Shown: positions 18,104 through 25,993 of the stretch, piece after piece
Numbering within the stretch: the stretch's first letter is position 1
How the letters are laid out: the number at the start of each line of letters is the position of its first letter
Source of the DNA: a virus
Taxonomy: Duplodnaviria > Caudoviricetes
Strand: one strand, 5' to 3'
Virus record (IMG/VR): IMGVR_UViG_3300030372_002613
Location: 1-42,824 of that record
DNA: 42,824 nt
Position numbers and translations under genes: made by a program
The notes under the pieces: generated by a model
What the model was told of the DNA's origin: nothing
Database searches by the model: none
The model's input: only the letters and a program-made list of their open reading frames with translations

Positions 18104-18302
18104 TAAAAAAGAATCTCACAGTTGTTATAACTGGTGTATTGTCTCTGATATATTGAGCACAACAACGAATAAGAACACAAACTAATTCAGCTTGTAATTT
18201 TAAATCTTTCTTTTCGCCTAAAGATTCATTCTTTTCCCAAGAGTATTTTGTGTCTTCGATACTCTCGAATAAGTCTTCTGTCTTATATCTTTTTTCGGCC
18301 AT
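18087..18302 (-). CDS. Hypothetical early protein
   Basis: AGAGAGGAGA RBS. Confidence 0.65.
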   Translation of the reverse strand: MAEKRYKTEDLFESIEDTKYSWEKNESLGEKKDLKLQAELVCVLIRCCAQYIRDNTPVITTVRFFFNDDKK

Positions 18303-18316
18303 ACGTTCTCCTCTCT

Positions 18317-18530
18317 AAAAAACCAGACGCGGTGGAGCTAGGACATACGGATCCGCGGCCTCACTAATCATCCACAGGGTCTGGCACATGTAAGCTCACG
18401 AACCCAATTGCAGGGAACACCGAGCTAGAATTTCTCCTAACTGCTTAAGTGTTTGAAACCCCAATCAGTCCTTGACGCCTTTCGGCCTCGCTGATAAATC
18501 TAAGAGCTTACTAAATCTCCGTCAGATTTA
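18317..18530 (-). ncRNA. ~210-nt structured RNA or attenuator leader
   Basis: GC-enriched non-coding segment with its own promoter, several stems, a GCC-GAAA-GGC tetraloop, and terminal CCAGAC..GTCTGG followed by a T run. Confidence 0.65.
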
Positions 18531-18535
18531 ATTAT

Positions 18536-18568
18536 ATAATATAATGTATTGATCTAATTGTAAACGGA
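18536..18568 (-). promoter_or_regulatory. sigma70-like early promoter P3
   Basis: TCCG-TTTACA-N17-TATTAT. Confidence 0.72.
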
Positions 18569-18665
18569 TTAATTGGATAAATAACGGAATAATTTCATGC
18601 ATAGTATCTATCATAAAAGTATTAAATCGTTAATCTCTGATCATCTATGGGGCGAGAATATATGC

Positions 18666-18692
18666 GAATCGGGGACCTTTTGCCCCCGACTC
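18666..18692 (-). terminator. 11-bp hairpin after the DUF932 gene (terminator or processing site)
   Basis: GAGTCGGGGGC-AAAAG-GTCCCCGATTC with two G-U pairs that work only on the minus strand; no clear U tail. Confidence 0.45.
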
Positions 18693-18701
18693 ACGATTTT
18701 A

Positions 18702-19649
18702 TTACCTTCCGGCATATTCTAATGCGGAATGTAAAGCACGTCTTTTTAGTGCTCCTTTTGGTCCTAACCAAACCGATGTCATGGTTGCGTCCCTGTCTCT
18801 ACCGGACTGATGATCAATATAATACGTGACGGCGTTAAGTGCTTGCCACCAGGTATTTTTGAACAAAGTTGCTCCGGGCTGAGTATGAATAGTATTATTC
18901 AAGTACTCTAGAGTGCGAGAAAACATTTCAGGCGTAGGATTATTCTCATTTTTTAAAGATGGCTGAAATAAGGCAATCCAATATTTCCACAGATCTTTAT
19001 CCGTGTACTCTTTTGAAGCTAATAAATCAGCTTGTTCTTTAAATTCCGACATTTTATTGTGAGCTAAACCTAATGCAGATTCTGCTTTAAATTGGATATT
19101 AGCATCAAATTCCTGAACATGTGGCATTCGGAACTCGGCGCTCTTACCGTCTAAAGCTTGCATTAAAGTATTTTGGCAAACAACTCGTATCGGAGTCCAC
19201 ATAATCTTAAGCGACTGACCCCAGATATGCGGGTGATAACAAAATAGATATGAATCTACTTTATCTTTACCCTTGATTGCGAATGACTCAGAAGTCTTTG
19301 CTAATACAAATATTCTTCGTCCGCCGTCAAGAGAACCCGCTGTCTCTAGTGTCATATCACCAGATTCAGTGAACTTTTTGAAGAATCCAAGCGCTTGTCT
19401 GTTTTGCACAGGAACGTATGAATGACCACAAGGCGATAATTCTTTACCATCCGAATCACGGACCAAGACAAAGAAATCTTTCGATTCTTCACCTGTCACA
19501 GGGTTATTGAACGGAACTTTATTAACATTCCAATCTAAACCCGCAACGAGCTCCATTTGTTCAGGGGTAATATCATGACCGACTTTGTGACCAAGACCAT
19601 GCCAAGGTTTTTGACCGGCATAAGCCATTGTTTCTACATTTGCGACCAT
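18702..19649 (-). CDS. DUF932-family (phage/plasmid-like) protein
   Basis: VETM.Y....PWHGLG, AGLDW.V, YVPVQN, ETAGSL.GG, TPIRVVCQNTL, WWQALNAVTYYIDH. Confidence 0.88.
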   Translation of the reverse strand: MVANVETMAYAGQKPWHGLGHKVGHDITPEQMELVAGLDWNVNKVPFNNPVTGEESKDFFVLVRDSDGKELSPCGHSYVPVQNRQALGFFKKFTESGDMTLETAGSLDGGRRIFVLAKTSESFAIKGKDKVDSYLFCYHPHIWGQSLKIMWTPIRVVCQNTLMQALDGKSAEFRMPHVQEFDANIQFKAESALGLAHNKMSEFKEQADLLASKEYTDKDLWKYWIALFQPSLKNENNPTPEMFSRTLEYLNNTIHTQPGATLFKNTWWQALNAVTYYIDHQSGRDRDATMTSVWLGPKGALKRRALHSALEYAGR

Positions 19650-19667
19650 ACGCTTTTCTCCTCTCTG

Positions 19668-19769
19668 TTAACCATAGATTAATTTACCGATATAATTTAA
19701 CATGACAATAAAGCCAAGAAAACCAAACGGCAACCCGATTATGATTAGGTAAAATAAAAATTGCTTCAT
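19668..19769 (-). CDS. 33-aa hydrophobic membrane peptide MKQFLFYLIIIGLPFGFLGFIVMLNYIGKLIYG
   Basis: Translated by hand; GGAGG RBS; first gene after promoter P2. Confidence 0.7.
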   Translation of the reverse strand: MKQFLFYLIIIGLPFGFLGFIVMLNYIGKLIYG

Positions 19770-19797
19770 ATTTTATCCTCCATAATTAGATTTTTTC

Positions 19798-19830
19798 TTT
19801 ATATATTAAATTTAACCACTTGTAAACGGA
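19798..19830 (-). promoter_or_regulatory. sigma70-like early promoter P2
   Basis: TCCG-TTTACA-N17-TATAAA. Confidence 0.72.
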
Positions 19831-20004
19831 ATAATATTAGTCAAGTCAATAATCCCGTTAACGGCAATATATAAGACCAATATGAACGGAAGTTAATAAA
19901 ATCAATACTTTTTTGCCATCGATCCAGTAAATTATTGGCTTATTGGTAACTTTTGGCTCTTTTTATAAATTTTTTTTAAAATATCTCCATATAGTACTAT
20001 GAAA

Positions 20005-20050
20005 ATAAAAAAGCCCGCACCTTAGAATCATTCTAAACTACGGGCTCTTT
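20005..20050 (-). terminator. Intrinsic terminator after the 97-aa gene
   Basis: AGCCCG...CGGGCT outer stem, TAGAAT/ATTCTA inner stem, T run on the minus strand. Confidence 0.6.
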
Positions 20051-20052
20051 TG

Positions 20053-20346
20053 TTATTGGTTTACAGCTTCTGATAATTCCTCAGAATCTTGAGAACTTGA
20101 CATTTTGCAGATACCTGCAGAAATCATGTTCGCACGATAATATTGGAAAATTCTCCAAGGATTCTGACGAGTTTTTAATTTGCCAGATTCCGCAAGCTCA
20201 GAAATCAGAGTTTTAAGCTCAGATTCTTGGAACTCACTATTACCAGATTCAGAAATTCCACCTAAGATTTGCTTAATCTGCGGAGTCATTTTAGAATCTA
20301 ATTCTGAAGGGATATCAAAAGAGTAAAGTCTGATAGATTTACTCAT
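20053..20346 (-). CDS. First early protein, winged-helix-like, paralog of 17318-17581
   Basis: AAAGGAG RBS, own promoter and terminator. Confidence 0.7.
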   Translation of the reverse strand: MSKSIRLYSFDIPSELDSKMTPQIKQILGGISESGNSEFQESELKTLISELAESGKLKTRQNPWRIFQYYRANMISAGICKMSSSQDSEELSEAVNQ

Positions 20347-20378
20347 AAAGAACTCCTTTCAAAAAGTTAATTAAAATC

Positions 20379-20411
20379 ATATTACACTGGAATCAGATAA
20401 AAGTAAACGGA
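20379..20411 (-). promoter_or_regulatory. sigma70-like early promoter P1
   Basis: TCCG-TTTACT-N17-TAATAT. Confidence 0.72.
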
Positions 20412-20590
20412 CAAATTGTCACACTTTATCCGCTCTTTATATTCTATCCTTCTACGGATAATTTGATACTTAATCAAAATGAATCAAAAGCTCTTGCTCT
20501 CTCCCTGTCAAATCGAGATTCTCGCAATATTTCGCTCTCTTATTTAACCTAGGTCATTGGCCTTAGAAAAACGTTTTTTCTCGATGAATC

Positions 20591-20670
20591 CATGGCCACC
20601 AGGCCAGGGCCCGGGGGTCCCGTGCATGCGCCCAAAAAGGTTTGCTCCTACCTAGTCATTCTGCGGGGGA
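20591..20670. other. GC-rich island at the strand switch; candidate packaging site or genome end
   Basis: CATGGCCACCAGGCCAGGGCCCGGGGGTCCCGTGCATGCGCCC in an AT-rich genome, upstream of the terminase genes. Confidence 0.4.
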
Positions 20671-20821
20671 AGATATTGATAACGGATAAAATAGTATATA
20701 GCAACGGATAATTTAATAAAGGGACACTATAGTAGTAGTTGTGACAAAAAAGATTACAAACCGATGGTAAATGCCAATAAATACAATATACCAATAATAA
20801 AAACTATTATATAGCTACTAC

Positions 20822-21040
20822 ATGGTTAAATTTATTTTAGTATTACAGTTATGTACCAGTGCAATGTGCTATCCGCCTGTCACTAATCCTGCATTTACAT
20901 TTGATAATTATAGGCAATGTGCACTAGCAGGATATGTAGAAGCTGGTAAGATGTTTGAAATGTTTGATCCTATAGATGTAGAACTAAATAAACCCATATT
21001 GAGATTTTGGTGTCAAGAAGAGAAAAAACAGAATATATAG
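20822..21040 (+). CDS. Small Cys-containing protein with hydrophobic N-terminus
   Basis: ORF; four Cys. Confidence 0.55.
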   Translation: MVKFILVLQLCTSAMCYPPVTNPAFTFDNYRQCALAGYVEAGKMFEMFDPIDVELNKPILRFWCQEEKKQNI

Positions 21041-21046
21041 TTTACT

Positions 21047-21232
21047 ATGCAGTGGAAAGTGCGTATAATGACTAAACCAGATTTAATGCACAATGTTAGT
21101 GTAGTATTTTTGGAAGCACCTAGTTTTGAAGCTGCAAAACAACAAGTTACATTAGCTGATAATCAGGTAGCTACTTTTGAGGTTAAGGAGGAAAAATTAT
21201 ATGCCAGGGAAACACAAGAAGAAAAAAGGTAA
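21047..21232 (+). CDS. Hypothetical protein
   Basis: ORF in operon order. Confidence 0.5.
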   Translation: MQWKVRIMTKPDLMHNVSVVFLEAPSFEAAKQQVTLADNQVATFEVKEEKLYARETQEEKR

Positions 21233-21278
21233 AAATGCTTATATTTATATGGGCACAAAAAAGAAAAAGAAATACTAA
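21201..21278 (+). CDS. 25-aa Lys-rich peptide MPGKHKKKKGKNAYIYMGTKKKKKY
   Basis: AAGGAGG RBS; TAA overlaps the terS ATG. Confidence 0.6.
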   Translation: MPGKHKKKKGKNAYIYMGTKKKKKY

Positions 21279-21571
21279 TGAGTAATAAAACAAAAGCAGG
21301 CGGTTTTAGAGAAGGCTCAGGTAGACCAAAAGGTTCCTTAGGAGAAAAAACTCTTGCTGTACAAGCAAAATTAGAACAATTAGGTTGTGATCCAATAGAA
21401 GCATTAGCTAATATTTCTATGGATAATAATAATACACCTGAATTAAGATTTCAGGCAAATAAAGAATTAGCACAATACGTTGCACCAAAAAGAAAAGCTG
21501 TTGAGTTAGAAGGTACACTTGACGGTGGTTTAAACGTAAATGTTGTTAAATTTACTGAAGAAGAAAAATAG
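21278..21571 (+). CDS. terS: Terminase small subunit (putative)
   Basis: GG.R.GSGRPKGS motif, YVAPKRKAVE; directly upstream of terL. Confidence 0.7.
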   Translation: MSNKTKAGGFREGSGRPKGSLGEKTLAVQAKLEQLGCDPIEALANISMDNNNTPELRFQANKELAQYVAPKRKAVELEGTLDGGLNVNVVKFTEEEK

Positions 21572-21573
21572 TT

Positions 21574-22869
21574 ATGGAAATACAGGTCCCAGACAACTGG
21601 AGACCGCGTGACTATCAACTTGATCTCTGGAAATATCTAGAGAATGGTGGTAAGCGCGCAGTTGCAGTATGGCATAGACGAGCCGGAAAAGATTTACTGT
21701 CAGTCAATTGGTGTGTCACTGCAGCTTTAAAACGTAAAGGTTTATATTGGCACTTGTTACCTACATACAACCAAGGAAGAAAAATTGTATGGGATGGCAT
21801 GACAAGAGATGGCAGAAGTTTCTTAGAACACTTTCCAAAAGAATTATGGTCAAATGTCAACAACACAGACATGAGGTTAGAACTTAAAAATGGATCCATT
21901 TACCAGGTTGTTGGAACGGATAACGTTGACCGCCTTGTGGGATCAAACCCCGTCGGAGTGGTCTTCAGTGAATACAGTCTTCAGGATCCAAGGGCCTGGG
22001 ATCTCGTTCGTCCCATTTTGGCTGAGAATGGAGGATGGGCGGTTTTTATTTACACCGCAAGAGGTAGAAATCACGGATACGACATGTTTAATATGGCTTC
22101 TAGAAACGATCGATGGTTCTGCCAACGATTAAGTATTGATGATACAAGTGTCTTAACACAAGAAGCTATAGAAGAAGAAAGAGAAGCTGGTATGCCAGAA
22201 GAGTTAATCCAGCAAGAATTTTATTGTAGCTTTGATGCTCCATTAGTAGGTTCTTATTATGGTAGCTTAATGGCTAAAGCATTAGCTGAAGAAAGAATTA
22301 AAAATGTACCATACGAGCCACGTCTAGAGGTCCATACATCATGGGACTTAGGAATGGGTGATTCTACAGCTATTATATGGTTCCAGCAATTTGGAAATGA
22401 ATATCGGATAATTGATTACTATGAAAACCAAGGAGAAGGGATTCCTCACTACGTTAAAGTTGTCAGAGACAAGGACTATGTATACGGCAAGCATATAGCA
22501 CCCCACGATATAAAAGTTAGGGAAATGGGTACAGGTAAATCAAGATTCGAAGTTGCTAGAGACTTAGGATTACGATTTGATATTTGTCCGAACATACAAA
22601 TTGACGACGGTATAGAAGCGGCAAGAAGTATAATTCCTAGGTGTTATTTTGACGAAAAAAAGTGTAATATACTAGTTGAGGCTTTGCGGCAATACCGAAA
22701 AGACTATGACGAAAAAAATAAGGTTTATAAAAATAGACCGTTACACGACTGGTCAAGTCATGGTGCTGACGCATTTAGATACCTTGCATTGGGAACAAGG
22801 GATATAAATAAAAATAGGCAGAATCTCCCAAGTTTTGCCGACAGTAATTATAATGTGTTAGGAGGATAG
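21574..22869 (+). CDS. terL: Terminase large subunit
   Basis: PR.YQ, WHRRAGKD Walker A, VVFSE Walker B, QEFYCSF, WDLG..D, SHGADAFRY. Confidence 0.95.
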   Translation: MEIQVPDNWRPRDYQLDLWKYLENGGKRAVAVWHRRAGKDLLSVNWCVTAALKRKGLYWHLLPTYNQGRKIVWDGMTRDGRSFLEHFPKELWSNVNNTDMRLELKNGSIYQVVGTDNVDRLVGSNPVGVVFSEYSLQDPRAWDLVRPILAENGGWAVFIYTARGRNHGYDMFNMASRNDRWFCQRLSIDDTSVLTQEAIEEEREAGMPEELIQQEFYCSFDAPLVGSYYGSLMAKALAEERIKNVPYEPRLEVHTSWDLGMGDSTAIIWFQQFGNEYRIIDYYENQGEGIPHYVKVVRDKDYVYGKHIAPHDIKVREMGTGKSRFEVARDLGLRFDICPNIQIDDGIEAARSIIPRCYFDEKKCNILVEALRQYRKDYDEKNKVYKNRPLHDWSSHGADAFRYLALGTRDINKNRQNLPSFADSNYNVLGG

Positions 22870-22871
22870 CT

Positions 22872-23087
22872 ATGGGCGGCGCAGTAAGAAAGATTTTTAA
22901 GGCACCTAAGCCACCACCACCTCCGCCACCACCAGCAGCACCAAAAGCAGTTACAGCTGCTCCTGCAGGTACAGCGGCGAGGAAAAATGTCAGAAGTAAA
23001 TATAGTAGAAAAAATACTATATTAACTGGAGGACAAGGTGTGCAGGAAGAAGCTGAGATAGTAAAGAAAACATTATTAGGAGCATAA
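22872..23087 (+). CDS. Small Pro-rich virion protein upstream of portal
   Basis: MGG...PPPPPPPP...TILTG...KTLLG; AGGAGG RBS. Confidence 0.75.
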   Translation: MGGAVRKIFKAPKPPPPPPPPAAPKAVTAAPAGTAARKNVRSKYSRKNTILTGGQGVQEEAEIVKKTLLGA

Positions 23088-23088
23088 C

Positions 23089-24714
23089 TTGGAAGACTTA
23101 GTAACAAGAATTATTACGAAACAAGAGTCATTAAAAAGTTATCGTACTCCGTGGGAAAATCTCTGGCAAGATTGTGGGGAATATGTCAACCCTAATAGAG
23201 GTGACTTTTCTACAATTAGATACAGAGCTGATACTGCAAGGTATGATAAAATTTATGACACGACAGCACCATTAGCTAACGAAAATTTAGCAAGTGGGTT
23301 ACATGGCTTTTTAACTTCTCCTTCTCAACGTTGGTTTAGCTTATCTACTTTTGATGATGAAATAAACGAAGAGTATGAAGTAAAACAGTGGCTAAACAAA
23401 ACAACTAATATATTATATGATAGAGTTTTTAATATACCTGATAGTAATTTTAACTCCCAAGCACATGAGCTTTATTTAGACTTGGGCTCCTTTGGTACTG
23501 CTGTCATGATGGTTCAAGACAATCCTGGCAGTGGTATTTCTTTTAGAACATTTCATTTAGCTGATTGTTATATACAAGAAAATGATAATGGATTTGTAGA
23601 TACATTATACAGAAGATATAAAAGAACAGGTAGACAATTAATGGAAAGATTTGGTGATGCTGTTCCTGAAAAAATTATAAAAATTTCACAAAAAGACCCT
23701 TACAGAGAATTTGAAGTTATTCATGCAGTAGAGCCATCAGAAACTTATGGAGACCCTATAAAGAAACCTACTAAAAAAGCTTTTAAATCTTGCTATGTAT
23801 TACTTGAAGAAAAAACTTTATTAGAAGAGGGAGGCTTTGACGAGTTTCCTTACATGGTACCTAGATGGTCTAAAGTTGCAGGTGAAATATATGGTAGATC
23901 ACCATCTATGACATCTTTACCTGATATTAAAATGGTAAATGCAATGATGAAAACTATAATTAAAGCTGCACAAAAAATTACTGATCCTCCCTTACTGGTG
24001 CCTGACGATGGATTTATATTACCTGTAAGAACTGTGCCAGGTGGTCTTAATTTCTATCGATCAGGTACTCAGGACAGAATAGAGCCATTAGAAACAAGAG
24101 GCAGACCTGATATTGGATTTGACTTATTAAATAATAGAAGAGAACATATTAAGGCCGCGTTTCATGTTGATTGGATGCAAATGCCTGATCAAAAAGGTTC
24201 ACCTAATATGACTGCTACAGAAGTTGTAGCTAGACAAGAAGAAAAAATGAGACTTATGGGACCAATGATTGGTAGATTACAAGTAGAATTTTTAGGACCA
24301 TTAATTGATAGAGTATTTAGAATTATGATGAGAAAAAAACAAATACCACAACCACCAGGTATTCTTGAGGGCCAAGAGATGAAAATATTATACACATCTC
24401 CATTAGCAAGGGCTCAAAAATCAGGGCAACTAATGACTATAACAAGATTATTTGAAAGTATGGTACCATTATTTCAAGCTAAGCCAGACTTACTTGATAA
24501 CATGAATACTGATGAGACATTTAGATATTTCCATCATTTACTAGATGCTCCTGCTAAAATATTAAATCCTGAAGAGAAAGTACAAGAAGAAAGACAGCAA
24601 AGACAAGAACAACAGGAACAAATGATGCAAGCTGAGCAAGCTAAAATGGAAAGTGAATCAGCTAAGAATATTAGTGAAGCTCAAGCTAAGAAAAGAGAGG
24701 GAGTAATTGGCTAA
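23089..24714 (+). CDS. Portal (head-tail connector, T7 gp8-like)
   Basis: TTG start; PY.VPRW....GE.YGRSP, MTATEV..R.EE, Q-rich C-terminal barrel. Confidence 0.93.
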   Translation: MEDLVTRIITKQESLKSYRTPWENLWQDCGEYVNPNRGDFSTIRYRADTARYDKIYDTTAPLANENLASGLHGFLTSPSQRWFSLSTFDDEINEEYEVKQWLNKTTNILYDRVFNIPDSNFNSQAHELYLDLGSFGTAVMMVQDNPGSGISFRTFHLADCYIQENDNGFVDTLYRRYKRTGRQLMERFGDAVPEKIIKISQKDPYREFEVIHAVEPSETYGDPIKKPTKKAFKSCYVLLEEKTLLEEGGFDEFPYMVPRWSKVAGEIYGRSPSMTSLPDIKMVNAMMKTIIKAAQKITDPPLLVPDDGFILPVRTVPGGLNFYRSGTQDRIEPLETRGRPDIGFDLLNNRREHIKAAFHVDWMQMPDQKGSPNMTATEVVARQEEKMRLMGPMIGRLQVEFLGPLIDRVFRIMMRKKQIPQPPGILEGQEMKILYTSPLARAQKSGQLMTITRLFESMVPLFQAKPDLLDNMNTDETFRYFHHLLDAPAKILNPEEKVQEERQQRQEQQEQMMQAEQAKMESESAKNISEAQAKKREGVIG

Positions 24715-24967
24715 AGATAAAAAGCTCGCGTTAGAAAAGATAAACGAGCATTATAAAAAAGTTTTTGAAACAAAAGATGGTCAAATAGTTTTAGATCATC
24801 TTTGTAAAACAGGATTCATCTTTGATAGTACTTACGTTCAAGGTGATTCGCATGGTACAGCTCATAACGAAGGTATGAGACGTATCGTTGTGTCTATACT
24901 CAAGTTTCTTAATAAGAAGCCTGAGGACTTTAAAAACATGATCAACCAGGAGGCAATAAATGAGTGA
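24707..24967 (+). CDS. Small protein after portal (Bbp19-like)
   Basis: Y..VF...DG..VL..L, NEG.R motif; synteny. Confidence 0.7.
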   Translation: MAKDKKLALEKINEHYKKVFETKDGQIVLDHLCKTGFIFDSTYVQGDSHGTAHNEGMRRIVVSILKFLNKKPEDFKNMINQEAINE

Positions 24968-25820
24968 TCAAGAACAAACTGGGTCCGTATTAACGGGTAG
25001 CTCGGACGCTCCAGCTACAGATGCACAAGCACCTGCAGATTGGAAATCTGGGCTTCCTGAAGATATACGAAATGACCCTTCGATAGCTGACATAAAAGAT
25101 GTTGGCTCAATGGCTAAAAGTTATATTAATGGCCAAAAGCTAATTGGTAAAAATAGAATATCTTTACCAGGAGAAGGTGCTACTGACGAAGAAATTAGTG
25201 CCTTTCATAGTCAATTAGGAAGACCTGAAAAATCAAATCTATATGATTTTGGTGAAAGACCAGCGTTACCTGATGGATTAGAATATGATGATGGTTTTGA
25301 AACTGCTTATAAAGATTTAGCTTTTAAAGCAGGATTAAATCCTCAGCAAGCTAAAGCTATATATGACGGCTACCATGAATATATACAAAGTAAATCAACT
25401 CTTGAGGGAGAAAATTCTTCAGCACAATCAGCTGCTTGGGTGGAATCTCTTAAAAAAGAGTTTGGTAAAGCTTATAATGAACGAGTAGAACTAGCTTCTA
25501 GAGCTGTAGATACTTACGGCGATGGAGATCTAAAAGAATGGTTAGATAACTCTGGGATGGGTAATAATCCTATGATGGTTAAGCTATTTGCTAAGATTGG
25601 CGAGGGTATCGCTGAGGGTAGATCTGACTCTGTTCAGGATAGAGGTTTCATAATGACCCCTGATCAAGCTAAGCAAGAAATTGCTAGGTATAACAGGGAT
25701 CAAACATTTATGTCGGCTTATCAAAACGGAGATAATCCTGGGCATGCTGAAGCAGTGAAAAAAATGGATTCGCTGTTTAAATTAGCATACCCTGATGAAA
25801 CTCCGATTAATCCGGCGTAA
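24960..25820 (+). CDS. Capsid scaffolding / assembly protein
   Basis: Acidic and helical; LGRP....Y, GL...QA, G.GN.P motifs; between portal and capsid. Confidence 0.8.
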   Translation: MSDQEQTGSVLTGSSDAPATDAQAPADWKSGLPEDIRNDPSIADIKDVGSMAKSYINGQKLIGKNRISLPGEGATDEEISAFHSQLGRPEKSNLYDFGERPALPDGLEYDDGFETAYKDLAFKAGLNPQQAKAIYDGYHEYIQSKSTLEGENSSAQSAAWVESLKKEFGKAYNERVELASRAVDTYGDGDLKEWLDNSGMGNNPMMVKLFAKIGEGIAEGRSDSVQDRGFIMTPDQAKQEIARYNRDQTFMSAYQNGDNPGHAEAVKKMDSLFKLAYPDETPINPA

Positions 25821-25827
25821 ATAATTA

Positions 25828-25860
25828 TGTACGAAATTATCTACTAGTTATATAGTAGAT
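25828..25860 (+). promoter_or_regulatory. Candidate capsid promoter with overlapping inverted repeat
   Basis: TGTACG-N17-TATAGT; ATCTACTA-N6-TAGTAGAT spans the -10 box. Confidence 0.45.
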
Positions 25861-25863
25861 AGT

Positions 25864-25956
25864 GATGGGTAGCCGAAAGGTCCATCCGTCGACAGTACCC
25901 ACAGACGTAAACAAGGGGAGAAAATGTCTAAGGTTATACTTGGGTAGCGTTTTCGA
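25864..25956 (+). ncRNA. Structured 5' leader of the major capsid gene
   Basis: GATGGG-TA-GCC-GAAA-GGT-CCATC hairpin; TACCCA/TGGGTA and AGACGT/ATGTCT stems; TGGGTAGC occurs twice. Confidence 0.55.
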
Positions 25957-25993
25957 TTAACTATAAAACAATGACTAACGGAGGCAAAATCGT

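Noticed and set aside
18380-18440. tRNA (GGTTCG on the minus strand)
   Set aside because: No cloverleaf, acceptor stem or anticodon arm could be built
18470-18530. Hammerhead ribozyme (CTGACG...GAAA)
   Set aside because: The core reads CUGACGG rather than CUGANGA, and GAAA is a closed tetraloop
17860-20720. CRISPR array or mini-array from the repeated AACGGA motifs
   Set aside because: Repeats are only ~9-11 nt, irregularly spaced, and coincide with promoters
22905-22945. CCA/CCG-rich repeat
   Set aside because: Encodes the poly-proline tract of a small virion protein
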